This document shows positions 13,541 to 27,684 of a stretch of DNA of 64,000 nucleotides, one piece after another. The notes under the pieces are model-generated. The model saw only the letters and a list, made by a program, of their open reading frames with translations, ran no database searches and had not been told where the DNA came from. The translations under genes and the position numbers were made by a program. Origin of the DNA: Octopus vulgaris (lineage: Eukaryota); the NCBI GenBank assembly GCA_951406725.2, contig OX597819.1:56792001-56856000 (forward strand), read 5' to 3'. The first letter of the stretch is position 1, and each line of letters begins with the position of its first letter.

Positions 13541-15899
13541 TATACATGTATATACGCACAAGCATTCACACATAATCATATATCGAAGTTATAATTTGAA
13601 TTATACTTCAATCAGATTTCTTATATTGTGAAGGCATTATTACTTCGATCCTTATCATAAATAATTGAATCAGAAAGTATTTAATAAATAATATAAACAT
13701 CTGGAACAGATTTAGTGCTATTTTCAATTCGGATTATTTCATATTCTTAGTGTATCATAAACTAACAACACCTCTGTTGTTTCAGTTGAGTCTCATAAAA
13801 GAATACTGAGACTTGCCAACTGAGAAAGAGGGATAATGTGCATGGCTAAAGAACATAGAATTTTGGAGATGAATTGCTGAACGTGACAACTTCGCCTTTT
13901 GGTCCGTTGGAAGAAAAATCCTAATGAAGCCTTATACCACACTTGCTATAGATATGGAAACCAGAATGCTTGCGCATGATTTATGCATGATATTCAAAAT
14001 AATTATTACATCGAGGACATATTTTCCTCCTGCTAATTCTTTTGGTGCCAATATAAACACAATCAATTCTAATCCAAAATGCAACTGCAAAGCTTTGTCT
14101 AGCAAAGCATGAAATACCAAGCTAACATAAAATGATTTTTATGTGTTGTCCTATGAAATAAATATCAGTTCCTTGCTTTAAACAAAAGCCCTCGACATTT
14201 AATCATATTTTACGTTCAAATGTTGATATTTATTAGTACTCAATAGGAGAAATATGATAACGTCCACAAGCAGTTAGCATGTAATATTCATACCCAAGCA
14301 AAGATTATTTCTGTTTGTTTTTTTTTATCATTAATGAATTATCTGAATAGAAACATGCCAAAAAATATAAATGTGAATAATCGTAGGTTTGGCAAAAAGT
14401 AATAACCCAAATTATATAAGAATATAAGTGGCATATGAGAATAGATAGTGATGCATAAATTCTACCTAACATGTATCTGGCAGAGAAATAATCTATTTAT
14501 CAACGAAATGGTTTAAAAAGAACACATCTCATCATTTGGAAGATAAAGCGAACAAACAACTCGTTCTATACCAATGACTAGAACGCGCCTCACTTATAAA
14601 GTTGAAACATGGAGTTCAAGAACAAAGACAGATAATATGTATATAAAATAATATATTGACTAGTGTTGTAGCCACCAGATATAATAAAATATGTCCACTA
14701 TACTACTTTTATGTGGTTTCTAAAAGTATTATAATACGCAGCTGCTCGATAAGTGAATGGAAGGAAAACAATATTTGATATCGATTAGAAGAGGGTGATG
14801 AAGACGTTGATACTAAAGTTGTTCTTGCGATATGTAGTTATGTATTTTGAATTCAAATGCAACCACGGCTGTTTATATCTTTTATCCAGTTGGGGTTGCT
14901 ACAATGCGTGTATAGAATGTATGACAGAAGAGACAGTTTAATCGAAGTGGATGAGTAATGTGTCTGGGAAACAGATTATAGTAAAGTTTCTGGTTGTTAC
15001 TTATGAGTTGAAATGAGGACATCAATTTTCCTAATTTCATCATCTGAATTTCGCCACCCTAAATTCAGCTTCGTCGACTATACATCTTCCAAAGCATCAT
15101 GAGCTATAGAAGATAAAGAGATAAAAAAGTTACTATTTTATCCAACATTTTTCAAAGCATCATGGGCTTCCATTTCTCGGTGTTTAGTTTTAATATTTAT
15201 TTCAGGGCACATGACAATTAAAAACAAAAATAAACTATTATACTAAACCCAAACACTATTATTTCTATATAAAACAACAGCTATTACACTAACAAGCAAC
15301 GTTATTCGTGGTGCGGTTCAAGTTCAACGAATAAAAATTCTGTTGCCAGAGAACTCTATATTTAAATCTTGAAAACAAGCTAGTTAATCGTATTTAGTTT
15401 CTGTGATTTTACTAAAATTGTTAAACTAACACAAAAGTTATTTTAAAGAACGGTATTTGCTGATAATAAAAACATTCCATTTGCGTAGGCAATAGATACC
15501 ATATCGGAGACTGAAAGTAGTATTTTCGTGGACATATCAGTTTGTGTGAAGTTAGTAATAATAACAATCACATGTCAATATTTTAATAAATTTCCAAGAA
15601 CATAGTCTTCTTTCCATAAGCACTGTCATTTCATTGTGTAAATATAACATTAGCCATATTTTAATAAGTACTCCATTATGATATTATAATATTCTTATAT
15701 GTTATAATATTACAATACATTTGCATTTTTACTTTTATTTTGGTTAGTTATTTCACCTCCAGTCACAATAATATATAATTTTAAAATTTCCCTCTGCGAA
15801 GCACTTTATATTACCCTCTTTCTCTCTACCTCTTCAATAAACCTTTTAACCATGTAATTCCCTTATGTAATTCCCTTCTTCGCTCCTAACATTTTTCTC

Positions 15900-16060
15900 A
15901 TTATTTACATTATTTACAATTAACGGATATTAGTCCTCAACTTGCTTGTTGTTAACACGTTTCGGCTGATATACCCACCAGCCTTCATCAGGTGTCTTGG
16001 GGAAATTTCGAACCTGGGTTCTCCTTCCCATTCCGTGGGCATATGGTGTAATGGTTTTTC
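15900..16060 (-). mobile_element. PLE-type pseudo-LTR fragment with hammerhead motif (15954-15996)
   Basis: Minus strand: gacac-CTGATGA-a-GGCTG(10 nt)CAGCC-GAA-ac-gtgtt. Stem III and the cleavage site appear partly deleted. Confidence 0.6.
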
Positions 16061-17264
16061 TCATTATCTTCATCTCTGTCTACCACCAACCATACGAGTG
16101 ACAGTATAATGCATCGGCCGGCTATCTGCTCTCTCACTCACTCTCACATTCCTTCTTTCTCTCTCTCGCTCCACTTCCTCCTCTCTAACAACTAAAGTGT
16201 AAAGTGTGAACGAACAGGGAAAAGAATAATATATATTTAGTTCAATAAAACAGTAATTTACACTATCAACACCCACCACTACCATCATCATCATCACTAT
16301 AGTTTTGTATAACAAACATCATTTCATTTCATTTCAGTTCAACTGTTTCTTCACATCTAATTTTTCATTCTTGTATCTCTGTTCTGAAAATACAAACGCT
16401 ATTCCCCACCTCTCTCTCTCTCAATGTAACTGCCTCCCCTATTCAACTCTTTATATTTGTCTTTCTTTAACCTCACCACCTGAACATCACCCTCTGCTAA
16501 ATATTGCATCCTAAACCTCTCTCTGTCTCTCTGTCGGTCTCTCTCTCTTTTTACTTTTCCCTCCCCACTCTACAACACGCCATTAACTCTTTGCGCTCCC
16601 TCTTTTCTCACTCCCCTTTATTTTTCTCCCTCTTTTCTCTCACCGCCTTGCTCTCTCTTTTTTCTCATCTCTTTTTAACTAATCATGTGACACTTTTGGC
16701 CTCATTAGTTCTTTCTTCTCTGCTCACACTTCTCTGCTCACACTTCTCTCCTTTCTGTCTCACTTATACCCCGCCTCTCTAACTAAAGTATTACACCCGA
16801 ACGAACACACATATTTCTATATAGATGGTTTAATAAGTGCTCCATTATACTATTGTAATAACACATTCTTAAAGACTATGTCTTTGGGGCCAAACGGGAC
16901 TAGCTTATGATAATTTGATTGGGTATTTGCCAAACGTTAAGAAACAGATATAAAGCACGTCCGATGAAGAAAGGCATTATAAATGTCTTAATATCTCTAT
17001 TCGCTTTTTATTTTGTTTTAACCCACCTAGTAGTAATTACCGTGCTGGAGCATGATATACACACGTGCATAAATACATATATGGATACATGAACAGAGCA
17101 ACACCTAAAATGATAGAGAGGCAAATAAGTCGATGAAGATATTTACTTGATCTAATATAATTATAAAAAAACAATGCAAAGGATATACATGTAGAATAAT
17201 GGATTGCGAAATAAATATTGAGTCAATTATCAGTATATTTCACAGACACACACACAGACACACG

Positions 17265-17335
<71 letters not shown>

Positions 17336-17839
17336 AAACACACACACTCAGACTTCTCCGCTTGATCTCTAGATAGTTAGTATTGAGTTGCATTAAGAGG
17401 AACTTCCCGATATTTGTCTGAATATGTGCGTGTGTGTTGTTGCGCCCAGATATCAGAGAACCAACGCTGGTCAAACTTAATGCTAACTATTAATATTTTG
17501 TGAAATTTGGTCTTTGTTATTATTCATTATTTATTATTCATTAACTATAATCGTAAAATCAATATTTTTGATACAATCTAGAATCACTTTCGAAGATCAA
17601 ATGACCGAAAGATCGAGTTCATTTAGTAGTAGGTCTCATCAATAGTCTCCATCTTTATATTCATGCGAAATGTTCGTAGCTGAAAAGAAAATTTACAAAC
17701 AGTTTAGTCGGATGTTATGTTATGTAAAATAGGACGTTATCTGTCCTTTGCTTCAAACATAAGCTCATCTTGGTATATGTTGTTCACAATGTGCAAAAGG
17801 TATTCATAATTTTATGTTCGTTTGCTTGCTTGTGTTATT

Positions 17840-18130
17840 GCACATTGACTACGTTGGGACACCGCCTGGAAGGATTTGGACAATCAAATCAGCTCCAGTA
17901 TCTTTCTTTTTTATTTAGAAAGCTGGCACGTATTCTATACGTTATTTTTATCTTTCCGATAAGTTACGGGAACATTGACAAATCAATACTTGTTGTAAAG
18001 CGGTGGGTGTACTAATACACACACACATACATACACACATACGTGTGTGTGTGTTTATATATTTATACACACTCACGTTTCTGTTGGCCAAATCCACTCA
18101 AATGGTATTACTCAGATCGAGGTTCTAGTA
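17840..18130 (-). mobile_element. Old SINE family A copy
   Basis: Diverged: caccgcct...aagttacggg...aagcggtgg...ccaaatccactca...tctagtagaa. Confidence 0.55.
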
Positions 18131-19840
18131 GAAAATAACTGAGAAATCTTCCGTCCGTTGTAATGAACTCGAAATTATGTAGATGCAAAACGCAATTCTT
18201 AAGGAAACAGGCAATGCTTGAAGATGTATCGTATTTTAACGTGTACAAGGAACCCTTTTTTGTCAAAACTTGGGTCCAAAAAATATAATTCTTATACATG
18301 GATAGTATTACAATCCCTTACGAAATATTTTTGCCAAATTTTAAGCCCTCACCCCGCCAAATTAGGAGGTTCCGTATGCACGAGGGTTCGCTATGCACAT
18401 TAAAATACGGTAATTACAATGTTACTAAATTTCGAAATACGTTCCCCTTGAATTTCTGAGATTGGCATCACTCTCAAACATTTTGCAACCTTGCAACAGT
18501 AGTTGAAGGGTTGCTATATCAAACTTACATGTTTCGATTATGAAGATACATAATTTCTCTGAATTATTATTGTATTCTTGTATCTTACTGATTTGTTGAA
18601 GTGAGTGTATCATTGCTTACGAAACTTCGAATATACAGCATTGTGCTATATGTCATTTCATAATTTTAATTAAATTCAAGTTCCACCACTATTTCTTACA
18701 TTCTTTCTCATATGAGCTCTAGCACCTGATACAAAGTATAGATTCTCTAACATAATATATAATTATAACTACATTTCGTGTATTTGACTTTGAACCTTTC
18801 TCGTAAATAGTTGTGTGAAGCATCTTGATGTGGATGAAACTCAGATGAATGCTGAGCTGGCAGTTATAATGGTCAAAGATAGTTTTCTTAAGACCATTCC
18901 ATATTTTTAATCAGATGAATTATTTAATATGTCCTTCTCAGTTTTTAAAGACAAGTGATTTGAGGTGTTGTAACGTAAACCGAATAATGATAGTGTGATC
19001 AAGTAATAACTTTATAAACGGACGAAGAAAACATTGCAACAATTCCAAATCGAAGTGCTAAATGGCAGGCTGTAACTTCAATTGTCCACGATAGAAAATC
19101 AACCCTCTATACCACAATAAGCGTGCGAAGGCGAAAAGAATAAATTCACAACAATGTGTCGATATATGGCTAACATCATGTGATAGAGACAATAAAATGT
19201 CCGCTCGGCCGATTCGACCTAAGCTTAAGTAATAAACGATACGGCAGCGAAAAACACCACGTGATAGAACCCTGTCCATTGATTGGGCGTCACTTAATAA
19301 ACAATGTTTTCTTCGGGACAACTGGAATTGTCTCAAGAGGAAAATTTATGTTGTCGCCGGACGAGTAATTATGTATAGGTTTCATTTTATAGATGGTATC
19401 TAATGTTAGTTTATTAGGTACAGGAATTCTCAATAAGATATAAATGCATTGAACAGGACTTGACAAAAGGAAACAAAATGAAAATCATAGACTCCCTGCT
19501 TAAATGGCAAAACTTCCTACTTAAATGGCAAGTTCTTTGAAAATAAGTAGACATTATGTAAGCAAGACAAAATTTAGAGGTAACCTGTTTTTTTCTTCTT
19601 CCAGATGAGGTTAACAAAGGTAATATGAAATGCAAAGAGGGTAAAATAAATTAAATATTGATGTTATTTTCTACTGCAATTAGTTATTTAAAAACAATTG
19701 CAAACGTAACATCAAGCATATTTAGGTGAGCACGATATTATTTTGTTTTGCTCATAGAAGTGCAAATTTGTGACTCGAACGATATCTAGCAATATCTGAT
19801 TCATGAATATATATATATATATAATTCTATTTATTTATTT

Positions 19841-19928
19841 ATGCAGCTGAGGATAGCCCTGCATTTAAATTGATGTAATGATAGCATTGTTCAATTAAAT
19901 GGAGCCACTTCAAACGGTCGTTCTGCAT
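19841..19928 (+). ncRNA. Hammerhead ribozyme motif (G12 lost) in a short unit inserted in (TA)n
   Basis: ATGCAG-CTGAGGA-long stem II (catttaaattga/tcaattaaatg)-(c)AA-ACGGTCGT-T-CTGCAT. Perfect 6-bp stem I. Confidence 0.6.
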
Positions 19929-20365
19929 CACCTCTTGATATCCTGTTGCTTATTTTGATATATATATATATATATACAGACGTATATGTGCACACACAAC
20001 TCCTACTTTACATATACGTATCTGAATCATTGCCCGTGTGTTTGTAAATACCTGCGAGAGAATGTGGAATAAAAAAACAAAATGATGAGACGGAGTGACT
20101 AAGAGATATTGAATAGAGACACAGAAATTGCTGGTTTCTATGTGCTTTCTTATGCGAACGTATTTTTATAAATGGAAACCTTGAGAATAACAAAGAAAAT
20201 AGAATTTATTGGCGCGTCATGTCTAACTACTTTTTACTTTACTGTCAATCTTGAAGAATTTATGTGTTCAATCAAACACTGCCTTAAACGTGTTCATACA
20301 TATGTGTGTGAGTGTGTACATGCGCGCGTCTGTGCATTTATATATATTTATGTACAAAAATATCG

Positions 20366-20514
<149 letters not shown>

Positions 20515-20749
20515 CTACACATATACACACAGATGCACGCACATATATGTATATCCTTCCTCAAAGTTATAACTACAATAACCTGTAAAATCTGTGTTGC
20601 TGAATTGATATCGGAAAATAATCGTTGAAGATAACATCCGCCTTCATTTGTTTATATCATTGATTTTTGAAGATCATGTCTTGAAGCTGATATTTACTTC
20701 GAGACTAAACCATAAGTTATAACTTAGATGATAAACACTTGTTTGCAAT

Positions 20750-20814
20750 AGTAGTAACAGCAGCAGCAGCAGCAATAGTGTTTGTAGTAGTAGTAGTAGT
20801 AGTAGTGGTAGTAT

Positions 20815-20860
<46 letters not shown>

Positions 20861-20905
20861 TGTTGTAGTGGTTATGGTGGTGGTGGTGGTGCTGGTAGCA
20901 GTATA
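20750..20905. repeat. (GTA)n/(GCA)n/(GTG)n trinucleotide microsatellite
   Basis: Direct observation. Confidence 0.95.
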
Positions 20906-21422
20906 AGTCACGGCAATATTAGAGGTAATGGATAGTAGCAGCAGCGTCAATCAATATCTATCCTATTTATTTTGATACATCTCAAAATGTCGTTTTAATG
21001 ACTTCCACCATCAGCTTGTAAAAACATCCTACTAGCGTTATATGTTTCTGAGGAGCTGGTGTATCAAAGTAATTACATATCTAGTTTGCTATGTATACGC
21101 ATTATAATGGTTGTTATCTATCTAAAGTTTAAAGTGCCTATCGCTTTCAAAAGAATAAAAATATCGAAGTGTATGTATAAGCAATGCACGTATTTTGATA
21201 AGCAATCTTGAAATGATAACAAAATAAATATTAGTAAAAAAGGAAACACGCAATATGTAGCCACGAATAGCTTCAAACGGAAATCAAAATTAAGCTCATC
21301 AAAGCCTCAATATAACAAAATTTTCGCTTATTAAATATAAGATTAGAATAATATCATGTAATCAATGGTTACATATAATCTAAATTTGTTAAACACGCAC
21401 ACACACACACACACATAACATA

Positions 21423-22316
21423 GAAGGTGGTATTAAACAGTTTCCGGACTAGTTCTGTGGCGCGCCAACAGATGGCAGCACATGGTTGCGTTCACAATGA
21501 GAACTATCAGTGACCTTCATGAGACAGTGTGCTGAGTGTCATCGCTGTGTTTACTTCAAAAGTCGTGAAATTTGCACTTTTGTTATCACGTGTATAATGT
21601 AGCTTGCAATTTTGTCATCGACTAGTACAAAGAATCAATATAAAATTTCACGTTAAACTTTGGAAGTCTGGTATAGAGTCATTCAGCGTTTTCGTCAAAC
21701 TTACGCCAACGAGGCAAATGGGTCGTATGCAATGTTTCGCGTGGTACGAGCACTTCAAAACTGAAAGACGTCCCTGAAAAAATATGGGCAATCTGGAAGA
21801 CCTACCACGAGCGTCACCCCCATGAAATGTGGCATTTTGCATTGAGTATTCGGTCCGCCAGGGCTAGACCATCAATCGAGAGTTCCACAGCAACGTTTTG
21901 AAGAGATTGAGGGAGGACATTCTCGAAAAAGCGACTGGAATTGTGGGGCGCGGAGAATTGGATTTTTCACTGACCTCTCCTCACTCGTGTGTTTCTCGCC
22001 AAAAGCAACATGGTATCTCTTCCACTCTTGCCCTGTCCACTAGATTTAGCACCTGTGAACTTCCCTAAGATGAAAATGCAGCTCAAAGGTGGCCGTTTTA
22101 ACTTCGTTATCAAGATACGGTGTGAATCACAGAAGGCCCTCAACTCACTTATGGAAAACGATTTCCAGGCCGGATTCCAAAAGTTGCAGGAACTCTGAGA
22201 CCGGTCCATTGCTGTGCAAGGTGAATAATCCGAAGGAGATGATGTTAAAACTTAGGTAAATAAGTTATTTTTTTATTAACCATAACTAGACCGGGAACTT
22301 TTTGATATCACCTCGC
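21423..22316 (+). mobile_element. Decayed mariner transposon
   Basis: TIRs aggtggtattaaacagtttccggactagtt / aactagaccgggaactttttgatatcacct. FLAKSNMVSL..P..LDLAP..FPKMK..LKG.RF. Confidence 0.88.
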
Positions 22317-22637
22317 ACACAGGTGCATATATATACATAAATATTTATACATATAAACATAATTATTCCAAATAACTTTCCATAAAAATCAACAAGAAAA
22401 ACCTAATGACCATCCCACTCAAACCTACACAACAAAAAGTGATTTTCACTCTCGTGCATTGTAGTCCAACAACTGGTTACCAGGGAGAATTTTCGAAGTC
22501 CCTATTCACCAACATCCTCGTATATAAATTATAACTTTGTGCTATACGGAAGTAGAAACTATCCCATCAGATTAATACGAAATTGTTTTCATCGTAACTG
22601 AACATAAAAACAAACATTAATATACATATACATGGTA

Positions 22638-23844
22638 TCTGTATATATCATAGGCAGGATGCGTGCGCGTCTGTGTAATCTATGCACGTCCACAAATTAA
22701 GCACGCATGTCGCTCCGATTTTAGGAGGACATTCGTCACCATACTACCTAGGTTTCGGCAACTTATTTTTTCCCGAGGCACCCGCAGATGGCGGTAAAAA
22801 TCTATTTTCAACCATAACTTTCACCAATTTTGAAGTTTGCTAACATGAGTTGCCATAGCGAAGTGAAAGTGTGTGTGAGGGAGAGGGAGAAGGTGTGTGT
22901 TGATGCATGTGTGTGTTTGTGAGGGAGAGAGAGAGTATTTGACTGCGTCTAACAAAAGAGTAAAGAAAAAGTATGTGTAAGGGAGAGAGGGAGAGAGTTT
23001 GACAGCGTCTAACAAAAAAGGTAAGGAAAAAGTGGGAGAGAGGAAGAGAGTTTGACAGCGTCTAACAAAAAAGGTAAGGAAAAAGTGGGAGAGAGGAAGA
23101 GAGTTCGACAGCGTCTAACAAAAAATGTAAAGACAAAGTGAGAGAGAGAGAGAGTAGGTGACAGCTTTCATCAAAAATGAAAATGTAAAATGTTTTTTAT
23201 TTTTAAACACGTGATATAGTCTTCAAATTCAGGATGTTTTTGAAAGACACTATATTTTATAATAATATTATATATGCCTTCTCACACAACAATTAAAATA
23301 TATTTTAAATCATTTATCTATTCTAAATTGTTCATGTTTCTCCCCTCCCCCCTCTCACGCACACACATTACGCCGAGGAAAAAAGTGTTTTGTTGAGAAT
23401 CCATTTATTCAACAACAAAGAAACAAAGAGGTAGGTAACAATTTGTCAGTGAATTACACATAAATAGGTACAATTTCTGAGGCTTCCATCACACCCAACT
23501 CCGTTTTTCGGACCACAAAAAGGGTTTTGTAGCATATTAGGAGGCGAGAGTAGTTTATTCCACGCCAAAAAATCCGATTTTTTTTCTGAGTGAAAATCGT
23601 GCGAGTGTTAATCTACAAATTTACCAACATTTTTACCATTCATTTCTTTTTATAAACATGTATACGTACAAAAACATATGCAATAGGTGTACATACGTAT
23701 GTGTATGTATGTGTGTAAGTATGTTATTACACATATTTATTTATATTATATTATATTATATTATATTATATTATATTATATTATATTATATTATATTATA
23801 TTATATTATATTATATTATATTATATTATATTATATTATATTAT

Positions 23845-23893
<49 letters not shown>

Positions 23894-24022
23894 TAATTAA
23901 ACCAATTTCAACGGATATTACCCAAGTTTGATCTCGATGTTACTTAGTGTGGTTTGAAATAATGAACTTGATTAGCTTAATAATCTTAACTTCATCCCGG
24001 GGAAATCCAGTTATACTGCTAG
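22638..24022 (+). mobile_element. Non-autonomous Helitron
   Basis: A|TC-tgtatatatcatagg 5' end. 3' end is an imperfect hairpin ccggggaaatccag plus ttatactgCTAG|T. No target duplication. Internal ~57-bp tandem array (~22920-23180) and (ATTAT)n. Confidence 0.7.
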
Positions 24023-24126
24023 TTCTTTATATTTGCTTAAAGCTTATGGCGATCACCGTGCAATGTCTAAGGAAAATACTCTAATAAAGTGACATATAAG
24101 CGCTTGACAGGCGTCAAAAATAGAGG

Positions 24127-24262
24127 CTGATTCACTGGTGTAAAGGTAACACACTTAGTAGCGTAAACAAAGGGGTGTGGGTTCAACTCCCACGCAGATA
24201 GGAAAGCGGTCGTTTTTCTCTCGAGGGCTTATATGCCTCATTATTAGACTACTTTCCTTAGT
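24127..24262 (+). mobile_element. tRNA-like head, probably a low-copy SINE or tRNA pseudogene
   Basis: A box TGGTGTAAAGG (24136), D-arm gtgt/acac, T-arm gtggg-TTCAACT-cccac (B box 24180-24190). Anticodon and acceptor stems do not close. Confidence 0.55.
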
Positions 24263-24368
24263 CATTGCACGAAAATCGCTATAAGCTTATTTAAAAATAT
24301 ACTATTATTATTATTTACAGGATTGTAAAAACGGCGTCTTATAAAAAAAAGCCGTTCGCACCGAAAGC

Positions 24369-24416
<48 letters not shown>

Positions 24417-24441
24417 ATTCCATCTTTCGTCTGTCATTTAC

Positions 24442-24472
<31 letters not shown>

Positions 24473-26687
24473 ATGTATGTATATAAACGCTTGCTAAATG
24501 TCTGTAACGGCGATGTAAACAAACAGTTTTGAAATGATTGGAAGATAAAAACATGCACACATGAAAGTTAAAGTAGCTCATATGAAACTCATGCGTGCGC
24601 GCACACACAGACACGTATATATACACAAATATTCGTCGGATTTCCTAGCAGTTTTCGTCGACGAAATTCATTCATGACCGTAGTAGAAGACACTAGAAGA
24701 CACTTGCGCAAGGTATCGTGCAGCGGAAACGAATAAAAAATCATATGGGCGAGATCGAAATTCTTAACAACACACCAACGCCTTAAAGTAATTGTTTTTA
24801 ATATCAAATAATTATATTGCCTTGTTACTGATCGATTTCAAATATATTGTCTTTTCGTCTCCTGTTAAAGGTAATGAGAAACTGACACACGCATGTTGTA
24901 TATGGAGGTGAAAACTCAAATTTTGATGGTACGATCGTATTTTACATCAACCCGGTGCTAAGGTAACCTACAATTTTGACTAAAATCTGAATGAATTCTT
25001 TCAATGATTTCATTTATTTCATTAGGTTTAGTATAAAATTACTAGTGGAATTGTTGCTATAAATATAGCACAAAAAGGAGGGAATTCTAATACACAAATA
25101 GACACTTCTTTGAAACAAATATTTTCCAAGTAAATTGCAAATCTATACTAGTGTTGTTTTGCATCCACCTAAATAGCATACGTATTTCCAGCAAATATGA
25201 TTTCAGAGGAAAAAAAAGAAAAGAAAAACATGAAATGAAATTAGTATTTTGCATGAATATATTTTCGTAAGATCAAGACCAGTACCATACTTATAATCAA
25301 TACTGTGAGTGGGCAGAACAATTGCTAACGATTATAATATCAATACTTTGAGCTATTCAGAAACAGTCACGGCCGATTTAACCTTTTTTCTTATAAATTA
25401 TACAATACCTAAAGGGATATTATGTATATTTGTGGTTATTTTAGTTCTATTGTTTTTATACTTTCGCAAAAGTCCACTAGAAATTTCTAACATAATGCAA
25501 GCTGAACAGAACTCAAGTTTTTTTTTTATGTATTTATGTTTTACGATTTAGTCGAAATAGAAATATGTTTTTATTTTTTATTTTTTCGTGTCTACGAAGC
25601 ACATATATTATAATATTGAATGATAAAAATATTTTTATAATTAAAAAAACTTTCAGTTATTAAGAGTGAAAACAATTTTTTGATGAATATGTGCTGCAGT
25701 GAACTTAAATATCACTGAAGCTGTAGTGGTGATTTAACGAGAGATATGATATTTCCTAGTATACATATAAAACTTTTTAGTTAGTAATAGATGTTCTCTA
25801 ATTGCTAATATGAATCAATCACCTCATATATGTCTGTCTATGTATAAATGTATGTTATACCGATCGAATTTCTTCTGCCTCTTGCAGCATTGGGCGGCCT
25901 GCGAGGTCGTTGATAATTTGCATAACGGGAATATATACTAAGTCTTCGGAACATTGTATTTATTATGGTACACTGATAAGGTGTATTATAGAAAGACAAC
26001 AGGGTGTCGTTATTAGGAGTGGTTTGAAAGGTGAAAGAGGAGAATGAAGTATTGCATCTGAATAAATCAGGAGAGGCTAAGCTAAGTTACGAAGTTAACA
26101 CAATTCAAAAGGACTTCTCGACAAGACGGGATAAATTGAAAGAGTAAAAATTGAGAGAATTTAAATAAAAAAATGAAAAAAAGGAAAATACGAAAAGTTT
26201 GAAACGGTGAGATATTAAAAGACTACATAGTTTTTTTTTAAAAGCCCTATGGTTTACCCTGCTGTCTTTCTATACAAGACCATAACTATGTTGCCCGAGA
26301 TACATCAGAACATTTTACGCATAAGGTGATCGCAAGATAATATAATGTTTCCACAACTGTTATATCACAATAACGACGATTTTACGAAAAGCGTATATGC
26401 TCTATAAAGCATTGACTACCATACGTTATATTCGAATCTTATTTCCTTAAATTAACTCGTACTTAACACAATCGCCTATTCTGGGGGTGAAAACTCGCGA
26501 TGTATTAGACTGGATATTGAAAGGAAGTATGTCATGCTTCACTGCACTTGTATTAGATGTGTGTGTGTGCGTGTGTGTTCGTGCGTGTCTGTGTGTGTCT
26601 ATTAGAGGAGAAATTACTGACCCATGACAGCTGAAGAAATGTGGCTATAAATTGGTTAAACTTTCTAATACCGTCGGAAACTCCGCC

Positions 26688-26718
<31 letters not shown>

Positions 26719-26789
26719 TGTATATATATTTAGGTATGTATATATATTATGTATATATGTATATATTATGTATATATGTATAAATATTA

Positions 26790-27001
26790 AGGCGACGAGC
26801 TGGCAGAAACGTTAGCACGCCGGGCGAAATGCGTGGCCGTATTTCATCTGCCGTTACGTTCTGAGTTCAAATTCCGCCGAGGTCGACTTTGCCTTTCATC
26901 CTTTCGGGGTCGATAAATTAAGTACCAGTTGCGCACTGGGGTCGTTTGTCTGTCCTTGTTTGTCCTCTCTGTGTTTAGCCCCTTGTGGGTAGTAAAGAAA
27001 T
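26790..27001 (+). mobile_element. SINE family B
   Basis: ggcgacgagctggcagaaacgttagcacgccgggcg...gagttcaaattcc...gtagtaaagaaat. Confidence 0.9.
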
Positions 27002-27176
27002 ATATATATTTAGGTATGTATGCATGTATGTATGTGTATATGAATCTATGTATTATGTATTTATGTATGTATGTATGTATGTATGTATGTATGTATGTAT
27101 GTATGTATGTATGTACGTACTTATATATATTTATGTATGTATGTATGCATGCATGTATGTATATATGTGTATATGT

Positions 27177-27490
27177 GAAGCCGCGTGACCTAGTGGTTAG
27201 GGCATTCCGCTCACGATCCTAGGGTCGTGAGTTCAATCCCCGTCGACGTTCTGTGTCCTTGAGCAAGAAAATTTATTTCACGTTGTTCCAGTCCACTCAT
27301 CTGGCAATCATGAGTAGTAGCCGTATTTCAAAGGGCCAGCCTTGTTACACTCTGTGACACGCTGAATCTCCCTGAGAACTACATTAAGGGTACACTCGTC
27401 TGTGGAGTGCTCAGCCACTTGCACGTTAATTTCACAAGCAAGCTGTTCCGTTGATCGTATCAGCTGGGACCCACGTCGTCATAACCGACA
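27177..27490 (+). mobile_element. tRNA-derived SINE family C
   Basis: A box tgacctagtgg, B box gagttcaatcc, core ccttgagcaag..tttatttcacgttg.tccagt.cactca shared with 34175. Confidence 0.8.
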
Positions 27491-27653
27491 GAGAGCTCCT
27501 ATGTGTATGTATGTGTGTGCATTTATGTGTATGTATCTTCTGTATTGAATCATTTATATTCTTCCTCAGTAGAAGGAACTGGTTTCTAACAAAGACACGA
27601 AGCTCCATCATTGGAATGTATGTATACATTTACATACATACATACATACATAC

Positions 27654-27684
<31 letters not shown>

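Noticed and set aside
18600-18880. Possible hAT dimerisation-domain relic
   Set aside because: Only faint similarity across frameshifts, not supportable by eye.
22920-23180. Regular ~57-bp repeats superficially like a CRISPR array
   Set aside because: The 'spacers' are themselves repeated, the array is a minisatellite inside a Helitron, the context is eukaryotic, and there are no cas genes.
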